A DNA stretch of 64,000 nt from Trichomonas gallinae (Eukaryota): positions 1 to 64,000 of the forward strand of contig MRSU01002006.1 in the NCBI GenBank assembly GCA_008369845.1. Direction: 5' to 3'. Position numbers and translations under genes: made by a program. Positions 20,591-30,417 of this stretch are shown piece after piece. Below the pieces are notes generated by a model, which did not search any database, was not told the origin of the DNA, and saw nothing but the letters and a program-made list of their open reading frames with translations. Every line of letters begins with the position of its first letter. The first letter of the stretch is position 1.

Positions 20591-22642
20591 ATGGAAATAC
20601 GTGTATTATCTCCAACAAATGAAATTATAGCAATGAGGGTGGATGAAATAGCTACGTGTTACCATATAAAGAAAATAATTGCAGAAAGAGCGAAATGTAG
20701 ATTTTCAGATATTCATATCTTTTTCAACAAACGAGAATTACAAAATAATGAAACTATATGCAATCTAAGTCTGCCTAAAGACGCTCTATTAATTGCCACA
20801 CATCATATTAAATCTCAAGAAAATTACCATATAAATCTACAAATAACAAAACCAAAAGATAATACTCCCAAAATCGAGAATAAAAAGACAGAAACACCAT
20901 TTGCCCAACCAAAACCTACCATTGATACTCAACAAGATACTGACAATATAAATAATGCAGAGAAAGTGAAGCCTCCAACTCAAGAAATAAAACAAACACC
21001 TGAAGTACCAGACAAAACAACAGATAATACACAAGAAACAAAACCAAACGAAATTAAAATGGAACCAATTGAAGATATACCAGTGGAACATATAGAACAA
21101 CCACTTGAACCAGATATTACAACTAAAAAATTAATCAGAATCGTTAATAAAATTAATCAAGAAATGATAAATTATCGAAGACAATTTTTCACAGGAAATA
21201 TATATGATTATCTTGATTCTATATGCGAGCAATATACAAAGCCCTCACATAAAGGAGAAAAACATACGGAAGATATAATCAAATTACCTGTAGCGAAATC
21301 TAAGAGATGGTCACAAGAGGAAGAAGAAGTTTTAGCTACGAAATACGCAGAACTTGGCTCTGACTGGAATGCGATCGCTGAATTCATTCCTGGAAGGACG
21401 GCCAGCGCAATTATGCAACATTTTCAAATCCATAGTAAATATTTGTTCACACTTAAGCCTAAACAAGCGCAGGCAGCACCAGGGAAGCCATCAGCTAATC
21501 CTGATATTCAATTTGATCCGAATGACGAGCCAAAGCTATTTGAAGCCTGGAAGATATATGGTGATGATTGGGAGTCAATATCATGTGTATTACCACAGTA
21601 TCCAGTTGATTTTATAGCTGATTATTGGGATGAAAAATTATATTCGAAATATTTATTTGAAGGATTAATTCCAGTCCCAGAAGATACAGTATTTGAATAC
21701 AGAACATCCAAAGAATCATCTAAAACAACACAACAGCTAATTTATGAAAATTCACAATTTATTGCACAGCAAAGGCCATCAAAAGAAGTGTCAGAGGAAA
21801 ACATCTCTGAGCCAAGATACGCACCGAACCAAAGATCACTGCTTTGGACGCCTGAAGAAGAAAAAATTGTAATCGAAATGAAAAACAAAGGTGCATCATT
21901 CGATGATATCGCTGAAGTCCTTAAAACACGCACAGCGTCAACTATTGCGACAAGGTGGTACAGCAAACTCATGAAACAAAACGATATTTCGGGAGATGAA
22001 AGTGATCAAATTATAGAATCGTCATCGAACGATGATATCGAAGATCCACTGGATGATGCCGATCCAGCGTCGAAGCGACAATGGACGGAAGTCGAAGATG
22101 AGATGCTTCTAAAATTGTATAATGAATATCATTCAGATTGGGAGAAAATCAACTCTTTCTTCACAAATAGGACTCCATCGGCCTGCAGAATGCATTGCTA
22201 TCTTATAAGGCACAAATCTAACAGCAGCTCATCTCTTTATTCTCTTCAAACACGAAGATCAGCGATTTCTCACTCACAGTCAGCTTCTACTTTAGGTGGG
22301 CAGATTGCGAACGCCAGCGACGACGATTACAACGAGAAGAAGAATGCCGACGCGTTCAGGAGGACCTACAACACTTGGTCTGAAGAAGATGACAGGAAAA
22401 TCATCGACGCGATCAATAAAGGGCTCGGATGGAAGGAGATTTACGCGATGTTCCCAGACAGGAAGGAGACGTCGGTGAGGACGCACTGCCAATGCACGCT
22501 GAAGTTAAAAGTCAAGAACGCGAATCCGGCAGATAGGAAGCCACCTGGAAGGAAGAGGCGTGTGAATAAAACGGCACAATTCCTTGCAGCAGCCAATGCC
22601 ATCCAACAGAATCAACAGCAACTTCAACAACCTCAAACTTGA
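20591..22642 (+). CDS. Ubiquitin-like domain + five Myb/SANT repeat protein
   Basis: N-terminal UBL (MEIRVLSPTNEIIAMRV..IKKIIAER..IFFNKRELQNNETI). Myb repeats: WSQEEE, FDPNDE, WTPEEE, WTEVED, WSEEDD. Confidence 0.8.
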   Translation: MEIRVLSPTNEIIAMRVDEIATCYHIKKIIAERAKCRFSDIHIFFNKRELQNNETICNLSLPKDALLIATHHIKSQENYHINLQITKPKDNTPKIENKKTETPFAQPKPTIDTQQDTDNINNAEKVKPPTQEIKQTPEVPDKTTDNTQETKPNEIKMEPIEDIPVEHIEQPLEPDITTKKLIRIVNKINQEMINYRRQFFTGNIYDYLDSICEQYTKPSHKGEKHTEDIIKLPVAKSKRWSQEEEEVLATKYAELGSDWNAIAEFIPGRTASAIMQHFQIHSKYLFTLKPKQAQAAPGKPSANPDIQFDPNDEPKLFEAWKIYGDDWESISCVLPQYPVDFIADYWDEKLYSKYLFEGLIPVPEDTVFEYRTSKESSKTTQQLIYENSQFIAQQRPSKEVSEENISEPRYAPNQRSLLWTPEEEKIVIEMKNKGASFDDIAEVLKTRTASTIATRWYSKLMKQNDISGDESDQIIESSSNDDIEDPLDDADPASKRQWTEVEDEMLLKLYNEYHSDWEKINSFFTNRTPSACRMHCYLIRHKSNSSSSLYSLQTRRSAISHSQSASTLGGQIANASDDDYNEKKNADAFRRTYNTWSEEDDRKIIDAINKGLGWKEIYAMFPDRKETSVRTHCQCTLKLKVKNANPADRKPPGRKRRVNKTAQFLAAANAIQQNQQQLQQPQT

Positions 22643-23103
22643 TATTATTGTTATTTAATATAAAATTTTGTTTTTTTTTTTAAAGATAGGATTTTCAGAA
22701 TCAACCGTTTTGTAGTCCAAATAATTGATAACTCTCATAGAATAATTCAATGCTTACTATTGAAAAAAGTGAGAAAAATTTAGACACCTCAAATGTAAAA
22801 AAAGTAGTTAATCTATTTAACCTCGTGAACAAGCATCAATATCTTTAAGAGAAAAGAAACCAAGACAAAGGTACACTAAATTGACACATAAATAATCATT
22901 TTTTTATACCACAAAATTTCTCATCTTGAGAGGTTTCACCTTAACATATTAGGAAGAGCATTACTTATACAGGTCATTCCATCAGGAAAAATATATTAGA
23001 AAAATATATATTTTTGATTTCTATATTTTGACCGATAATATATGATTTAGATCAAATTTTTATGGATAATAGGATATATAGGTCTGTGTTTTGATGCTTT
23101 GGA

Positions 23104-23976
23104 ATGTCAAATTTTTGTCTCCCATCAACAAAAAAGTGCCAAATACTAAATGATTTTCTAGAAATGGAAGCGAAAAATTGCAGACTTAAAGTTACAAGCG
23201 TTGCGAAGACGAAACATCCGAAGCCGGAGGGTGCTCTTAGAATACTTTGTTTCAGTGACACTCATGAACAACATGAAAAAATTCCACCACAGCAAATCAT
23301 TCCATGTGACATATGCATTTGCGCAGGTGATTTTACCAAGTATGGCGATCCTGAGCAAGTTAGAAGATTCAAAGACTGGTTTTTGAAAATTCCAGCAAGG
23401 TATCGAATTTTAATAGCAGGAAACCATGAGACAACATTTGATGTTGATAGATATGAGTCTATGCTCATTAATATGAGAAAGATTAAGACGAATAAAACAA
23501 AAGAAGAACTAAAATCAACAAAATCTATTGTTCAAACAGAAGGAATCATATATTTAGAGAATTCATCGGTTGAAATTGAAGGAATCAAGATATATGGTTC
23601 TCCACAGACCCATTATTGGCATTCTTGGGCTTTTTATTATCCAGATTCTGAAGGCCCGAACGTTTGGTCTAAAATTCCGCCAGACACAGACATATTAGTA
23701 TGCCATACATGCCCACATAGCAAAATTGACCTTTGCAAAGGTTTACACGTTGGTTGCAAATCTTTAACAAACGCAATTAAAGCTGTGCAGCCTTCTCTTG
23801 TTATATATGGGCATCTTCATGAAGGATATGGAACATCTAAGATCGGAAAAACACCTATTGCCAATGTTTCATTATGCAATATGGCAAGAAGACTTGCAAA
23901 TAAGCCTATGATCTTCGATATTGAGATTACTGACCAAAAAACACCAAATGAACCCAAAGAAACGACTAAAAACTAA
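23104..23976 (+). CDS. Calcineurin-like metallophosphoesterase (MPPED-like)
   Basis: SDTH, AGDF, GNHE, HTCP and GHLHE motifs; IYGSP; WSKIPPDTDILV. True start may be 23164 (MEAKN). Confidence 0.9.
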   Translation: MSNFCLPSTKKCQILNDFLEMEAKNCRLKVTSVAKTKHPKPEGALRILCFSDTHEQHEKIPPQQIIPCDICICAGDFTKYGDPEQVRRFKDWFLKIPARYRILIAGNHETTFDVDRYESMLINMRKIKTNKTKEELKSTKSIVQTEGIIYLENSSVEIEGIKIYGSPQTHYWHSWAFYYPDSEGPNVWSKIPPDTDILVCHTCPHSKIDLCKGLHVGCKSLTNAIKAVQPSLVIYGHLHEGYGTSKIGKTPIANVSLCNMARRLANKPMIFDIEITDQKTPNEPKETTKN

Positions 23977-24434
23977 ATCAATAAAATCAATTTGAATCTT
24001 TTGGAAATTTCTCAGCAATCATAGTGATATTGTGTAAAACTATTAAATGGTTTATGATACATTAAAATGTTGAATATTTAAGAAGTGTATTATATTATAT
24101 AAAATGTATTCGGAATATTGCTTTATTCATATATAAAATCAATATGATACATATAAAAATCATCAATGTATGATTAATCATATTTGATTTAAATAACTTT
24201 TTTTCAGCAAGTTTCTAAGTTATCTTATGACTGTAAATATGCTACAATTGTTCTATTGAGATTATTTAAATAGAAGCAAAGGTTCTATCATTTAAAAAAG
24301 TTTTATTGAATCAAAGATTTTGGAAATTACTGAACATTTTAATTGCAAAAATTCATTATTTAAGGAGATACATATAATTATAATATTTTTGGATCAAAAT
24401 AATTTAGTCTGAGCGATAATTGGCACCTTTTTTG

Positions 24435-25424
24435 ATGCTGTTATTGCTTTTTTCTCTTTTTTGTTCAGCGAAGAAAATTGAACAAATAGAGGATATGGAT
24501 GGCACCAGATTCAAGCAGACAGTCATTGCAGGCAGGAAAATCACTGTTTACGTGGTTTTGATGTCAAATCCTGATCTCGAAGGCCACGCGGCTGCAAACG
24601 AGGTTCTCGAGGAAGCATTCAAGATTGGTAAAGGATTTCTCAAGTTTGTTTACCTGGATACGTCAAAGACGCCAAGTTACGCAAGGCATCTCAAGCTTGA
24701 AGGCCCATCTTTTTGCATCTACCACTCTGGAGGTGTATTAACACTCCCAGGAAATACAACAGCGCGCCAATTAGTTAATAGAGCAAGTTTCATGATTCCC
24801 GATTTCACATACAAAATCACAAACGAGCTTGATGAAGGATATACAACAGCTGTCTGTGTGCTATTCACAGAGAGAAAGATTCCTCCGTCACTTTGGACAG
24901 CAATTTCATACGATTTCCGCGATAAAGGACATTTAATCAAAATCGGCTTTTCAAACAACAAAACACTCGCAGCCAAATTCAATATTACAGAATTCCCGAA
25001 GATTATGCTCCGTAATTCGTCTAAAACATTGATTTACGATGGAATCAACGAATTCCTTCCACTTAAGGATGCAATCAATAAATTTATATTAAAGAGATTG
25101 ACAAACAAGGTGAAGTCATTAAATGTACTTCCTGTTAAGCAATTCAAGAGAAAATGCCAATCTCAAGATACTGTTTGCATTATTCACACTGTTGATGAGA
25201 TTCAGGATGAATTTCTCGCGTTCCGCAAGAAACATACAACATCACTCTTAGAATTCATGTACGGATCAAAAGGTCTTCCATTTTCATGGATGAAGCCAAA
25301 TATGACATACGGAATCAAATACACTGCTGCTCAGTACTTTGAGACTGAGCATGTCGAGGACCTGGAGTTTATGGTCCCACAAGTCTTAATTAATAGAATG
25401 AAATGGCGTGAAATGGAGCTTTAA
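24435..25424 (+). CDS. Secretory-pathway protein with non-catalytic thioredoxin-like folds
   Basis: Signal peptide MLLLLFSLFCSA. Trx-fold-like segments (VCVLFTERKIPPSLWTAISYDF, LAAKFNITEFPKI) without a CxxC active site. Confidence 0.6.
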   Translation: MLLLLFSLFCSAKKIEQIEDMDGTRFKQTVIAGRKITVYVVLMSNPDLEGHAAANEVLEEAFKIGKGFLKFVYLDTSKTPSYARHLKLEGPSFCIYHSGGVLTLPGNTTARQLVNRASFMIPDFTYKITNELDEGYTTAVCVLFTERKIPPSLWTAISYDFRDKGHLIKIGFSNNKTLAAKFNITEFPKIMLRNSSKTLIYDGINEFLPLKDAINKFILKRLTNKVKSLNVLPVKQFKRKCQSQDTVCIIHTVDEIQDEFLAFRKKHTTSLLEFMYGSKGLPFSWMKPNMTYGIKYTAAQYFETEHVEDLEFMVPQVLINRMKWREMEL

Positions 25425-25724
25425 ATGATATATATAAATCGGAAAAAAGACTATATTTGAGCACATTAATAAATCAAATTATTTATATGAATAAATTGAA
25501 TATTTTCTTCATTATTGTTCATTTTTAATGGTTTTTTTTTGTGGAAATTTAGAGAAAATCCATATGGTTTCACTTTTCCAAATATATCTTCGGTAAAACT
25601 CGAATTTCAAAATCAATTTTTTAAAAAATGTTGGCTTTCTCAATGCCCAACTCCTAAATATCATTGTAGTAGATATTTATTAGTCATTAAGAACACTAAT
25701 GCACATGAAAGCAAATCTACACAG

Positions 25725-26370
25725 ATGGCATCAACAGAAATGCAATCAAATAATAATAATAAAAATCTCGAAGATCTGAATGAATTACAAAAATATCGAA
25801 AAAATTACAATAATCAAAAGAAATGTTCGACGAATTATATGATATACTCAATCGCATAACAACAGAAAACGATTTTGATGTTATGAAAGGGAAATTCACC
25901 GATATTTCAAACAAAAATTTTTATCATTCAGTTAGAAATCATAATTTTCAACTTGCTAAACTCATTATATAATTTTATTACAAAAATTATTATAACTATA
26001 AAAGATTCCGATTTTGTCAGATTTGTCCTCAAAACTTAACATTTTAATGTTAATAAAGCTTTGACTTGTGCTTCAAAATTAGGTCATCATGAAGGTGTCA
26101 AACTCCTTCTCGCAGTTCCTGGAATAAATGATAACGCAAAATACAAAGACAACCAAACAGCTTTGATTTGAGCTTCATTAAATGGTCATAATGAAGTTGT
26201 CAAACTTCTCGCAACTCCCGGAATAAAGATCAATGCATAAGACAATGAAAATAACACAGCTTTGATTTGGGCTTCATTAAAAGGTTATCACGAAATTGTC
26301 TAACTCCTTATGAGAGTTTTTGGAATAGATGTCAAAAGCTCAAGATGAAGACAATAATATAGTCGAGTGA
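25725..26370 (+). pseudogene. Ankyrin-repeat pseudogene
   Basis: From about 26052: NKALTCASKLGHHEGVKLLLAVPGINDNAKYKDNQTALI*ASLNGHNEVVKLLATPGIKINA*DNENNTALIWASLKGYHEIV*LL. In-frame stops at 26169, 26238 and 26301, then a frameshift. The 5' part (from MASTEM at 25725) is broken and its boundary is approximate. Confidence 0.85.
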
Positions 26371-26622
26371 AAAATATGTAAATGCTATTTTGAGGGGAAT
26401 TTCAAGAATCAAATTATATTTATTGCATAATGCGCACTAAACTGTTTCTAGATATTGTCGATTTTACTATATTTTCAGCTTTTTTTGACATGTTAAAGTT
26501 GATGTGTCATTTTGCTTTTGACACGAATCATAATTCAAAACTGACAGATAATTACTCAATTCGCACTTTTCACTCTTCAATAGCTATGTAAACACCATTA
26601 AAAAATACGACAATTTTGGAAA

Positions 26623-26730
26623 CACTTTAGAAGGTTTTTACTCTATTAGTAAACATCAGGAGAAGCTGAAAAAGTGCACTACGCACTTGACAGGTCCGTC
26701 ACAACCGCGAGAAAGGAGCACTTCACATCT
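26623..26730 (+). ncRNA. Candidate box H/ACA snoRNA (unverified)
   Basis: Stem AAGTGC(26672-77)/GCACTT(26718-23), an internal pocket, an upper CGC/GCG + TGAC/GTCA stem, and ACA at 26725-27, 15 nt from the pocket top. A weaker upstream hairpin is present; the H box is imperfect. Confidence 0.3.
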
Positions 26731-26953
26731 TAATTTAGAGTTCGGAAAAGATTGCAGAAAGCAGAAACTTTCATATCATTTTAAGGTTTAAACCTCAAAA
26801 ACAGTCAATTTTCATTTTAGTCACTAAAATCCATGCGAGCACATTGAATGCAATGCATGTATCGATGAGTGATGCGAAATGAATAACCTTCTTTTTAAAA
26901 AATTTGATCAAAAATTTTGACAAAATGTCAAAATTTTTGTCAAATATTACAAA

Positions 26954-27871
26954 ATGGATAAGTATCCACAAGTCCTTCCCTTTTCATTGTTAACTGATTT
27001 CAATCCATGCAATATGTCCACAATCGTATTAGAATGCGAGCATCCTTCCCTTTATATGGTTTTAGTTGAAAAATCTATCGTTTTACTATATTTTACTTAT
27101 TTGATGGCTTCATTCATAAGAAAACGTCACGAATACCAGAAAAAAGTAATACTTTCAGCAACTGCATTTTGCGCTTGCGCTATTATGTATATTTCATTTT
27201 ATTTTTGCTTAGAATACTTCTCATACTACTCCATATACAAAGGAAGTGGCACGCAAATACGAAGATTACGATTAATTCCTCTTGATGGCTATTTTCTTTG
27301 CCAAGCTTCTTATTTAAGTGAAATCGCGGAAATTCTTGTGCTAGTGAAGATTCCAGGTGCATCCACCCTAAGATATGTGTTCATAGGATTCAAATACTTC
27401 GCTGTCGGCTTAATTTTTTTCACATTACTGTTGTTTAGTATTCCGCATGAAAAATTACAAAATTTAACTATCGCAGTCATGAGTTGGATGACTGAGCTCA
27501 ATTCTATTTTGTATTCCATAATATTTTGTCTTGTTATTGTTGCACTTTCCATTGCCTTTATATTTTCAAAATTCACTTCTCATATTTTCCCAAGAAAACA
27601 GAATATACTGATGCATATAGCAATATTCTTCGTCGCACTCAGCTGTGCATTAGACTATATCACACATACATGGGGACATTCAAACTACTTTATTGCTCAT
27701 TTATATTGGACTAATAGGAAAACTTATTTGTATTTAGACATGATATTGAAGTTCTTCTATCATGATCTGCCTTTAATTTCGCTAAGTTTTATTGTATATA
27801 TTTTATCAATTCCAGATACAGATGAAAATGCAAAGTCAGATGGTATTCCTATATCGACAGTATTAATATAA
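26954..27871 (+). CDS. Multi-pass (about 7 TM) membrane protein of unknown function
   Basis: 305-aa ORF with about seven hydrophobic segments and a short polar C-terminal tail. Confidence 0.75.
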   Translation: MDKYPQVLPFSLLTDFNPCNMSTIVLECEHPSLYMVLVEKSIVLLYFTYLMASFIRKRHEYQKKVILSATAFCACAIMYISFYFCLEYFSYYSIYKGSGTQIRRLRLIPLDGYFLCQASYLSEIAEILVLVKIPGASTLRYVFIGFKYFAVGLIFFTLLLFSIPHEKLQNLTIAVMSWMTELNSILYSIIFCLVIVALSIAFIFSKFTSHIFPRKQNILMHIAIFFVALSCALDYITHTWGHSNYFIAHLYWTNRKTYLYLDMILKFFYHDLPLISLSFIVYILSIPDTDENAKSDGIPISTVLI

Positions 27872-28871
27872 GTATATATAAATTCTTGTTTGTATGTTAA
27901 AATAAAATGTTTTAACAATTGATTAATAAAACAAGTCTTAACAATAATGTATATAACAGTTATAATATTTTTAATAATAATCTTTGATGAATTTATGTTG
28001 CAAGCATGCAATATATTCGTTGCAATAATTTTTTTGTTAATTGATCTTCTACGCATATAAAAATTCATTAATAGAGGTATATGAGAGAATAATATTCAAG
28101 ATTTTAAGTCTATAGCTCATATTTTACTATTTGAGATATTTTTAACCGAACATAACTAATTAATGGAGAATGGCTTGCACAAACATAATCAGAAGCCTGA
28201 TAGAAGAATTCATGTATCATGAGAGTGAATGAAACTATTTTTAATGATTCGTTTTCTAATCATGCGCGCGAATCAAAAATTATGGTTTCCATGTGAATCG
28301 ACATATGCTAAGTATATTCATTTCATCGATCATTTATAATGAAAACTAAAATGATGTAAATTTGCATGTAGCCAAGACAAAAATCCGAATTTTCCACCAA
28401 ATGCTTATGCAGTTGATAAACATTAATGCAAATAAAACTATATGCTTCTTCAGAGGTGCCTATTGAAGGAAAATTTCAATAAATCTTTCGAATTTTATGC
28501 AAATTTTTATCGCGAACCCCTTCATCAACTACTGGCCATGGAATCACAGCTAATTATGTGGTCTCACCCCTCAAAAGATAAACTATGAAAGAGAAAAAAC
28601 GGATTATAACGTTAGGAGAAAATTTTTAAACGCCAATTATTCGTTAAAAAGAACCAGCATACAATGAATATCACGATAGTACCAAAATTAGAATGAAATA
28701 TGTTTTTGAAAAATAATTTTTAAGAAAAGTATGTTTTTCGTGTTCTATGTCATTAGTATAGCTCATTTTTCGAATTTTCCAAGAAATCTTTCAAAATTCA
28801 TTCATAAAAAATTCAATGAATTTTACGATTCAATTTTATTCGCTAAATGATTATTTTACAATAAACAGAAC

Positions 28872-29031
28872 GATTTTATCGAAGAAAATCATTCTTTTAC
28901 ACCCATAACTTTACAAAATTCAAAAAACATTCAATTTGATATTTATTTTCTAAATGTCTTATTAATAATGTAAAGAATGATTTTATAGAAGAAATTAGTT
29001 CTATCACGCCCATAACTTTACAAAATACAAA
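28872..29031. repeat. Imperfect direct repeat (two copies of about 53 bp, 107 bp apart) upstream of CCDC25
   Basis: GATTTTAT(C/A)GAAGAAA...C(A/G)CCCATAACTTTACAAAAT at 28872 and 28979. Confidence 0.8.
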
Positions 29032-29082
29032 TATTTTTCTATGGAAATTAATCGTCGAACACTCAGCCATATTATTTTAATT

Positions 29083-29694
29083 ATGGTTATCATATATAAC
29101 ATCGACAACCATCTTTTATTCGTCGGTGATGATAAGTTCGAGAACGACGGACTCATAAAGTACTCACAGAGATACATGAGTGAGCTTAAAACTCCTGTAT
29201 ATTGGTTCCACGTTGATAATTTCTCTTCGCCTCATGCATACTTAAGGCTAAATGAGGGTGAAACAGTTCCCCCACAGAAATTGGTGATGGTTTGCTCCCA
29301 AATTGTTAAGCTTGGATCAATAGAAGGCGTAAAAAGACCAGCCGCAGATGTTATCTACACATTGTGCACTAATCTTGCCAAAACAAAGTCCCTCAACGTC
29401 GGCACAGTTACTTTCGTTCCAAATGCCGAAATATTATACAACAGAGCTGTTAGAAATAACAAGCAAATCGAAAAAATGCTTGAAAAAGCCAAGCAGACAA
29501 CAACAATCCCTGATATGGAACGCGAGCTCACAGATTTAATCAAGAATTCCAAGTTCAAGAAGCAAACAAAGGAAAATGATTCATATGATTATTCTTCTGA
29601 TGAATCCACAGGAAAGAAGACAAAGAAATCCGGAGGTCTCCTCGGTGATGTTCCAAAATATGATGGAAACAATGACTCAGATGACTTTATGTAA
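29083..29694 (+). CDS. CCDC25: CCDC25/Jlp2-like NFACT-R RNA-binding domain protein
   Basis: LFVGDDKFENDGLIKY, WFHVDNFSSPHAYLRL, CSQIVKLGSIEG, VIYT...NLAKT..LNVGTVTF, and C-terminal DDFM. Start set at MVIIY (29083). Confidence 0.85.
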   Translation: MVIIYNIDNHLLFVGDDKFENDGLIKYSQRYMSELKTPVYWFHVDNFSSPHAYLRLNEGETVPPQKLVMVCSQIVKLGSIEGVKRPAADVIYTLCTNLAKTKSLNVGTVTFVPNAEILYNRAVRNNKQIEKMLEKAKQTTTIPDMERELTDLIKNSKFKKQTKENDSYDYSSDESTGKKTKKSGGLLGDVPKYDGNNDSDDFM

Positions 29695-30417
29695 TTTTCT
29701 TTTTATTTTTGTTTTTATTATAAATACTTTCGCACTACACATGCAAAATGTAATCGAATTTCATTTAATTCTTTTCGTTTATGGCCGATTCTTTCAAAGT
29801 CAAATTATTCCAATCCTTTGAAACATTTTTTTTGGAAGTAATTTCAACTTGAATTATAACATAATGGCGTAATAATGTAAGTTATTAAAATGATTTTTAT
29901 TGTTTACTGTTAATTTTAATCGAAGTCAGAAATTTTCGATAAAAACAATGTCTGACCGGTGATACAGTGGTACATTGGTATTATGAAGTCCATAATACAT
30001 TATTTTCATATGTCTACAAGAGTGTTTGCCAATAAAATTGATTTCCTCATCTAAAAAATTACCTTATTTTGATGTGCGATTTAAAAAATAAAGAATATCT
30101 CTCAAGGCAAGTCTAAAAACACTGTGCGGTGAACTTTGATGTTCAGATTTTTTCAAGGTTAATTTTTTTGAATAAACGATTATTTTCAATTCAATTTTTA
30201 TCGTATTGTCTTTAAATAATAACAGGAAACATAAGAATAATCGTTTTGCGTGGTTTTTAAAACATTCTTTCACGCCCGTAGGAAATAATGAAAAATTTCT
30301 CGGATATTGACAAACCGAAAAATCTCTTTCAAAATAAATTAAAAGTAATTGCTTTATAGTAGACTGATATATAAGATTTTACTGTTGAAATTTTTTAAAG
30401 GTTATTTTTTCAAAAAA

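Noticed and set aside
28190..28620. Slightly GC-richer intergenic stretch resembling a gene remnant
   Set aside because: Only short frames and no recognisable family; cannot be supported without a search.
29978..29998. Perfect 8-bp inverted repeat GTATTATG/CATAATAC
   Set aside because: Short and AT-rich; plausible by chance with no supporting context.
30349..30417. Non-ATG N-terminal extensions in the ORF track (also at 8586, 13657, 24420, 40664, 43536, 47033, 49498, 53027)
   Set aside because: Eukaryotic context: TTG/GTG starts are unlikely, and several of these extensions overlap initiator or M2 promoter elements, so starts were moved to a downstream in-frame ATG.
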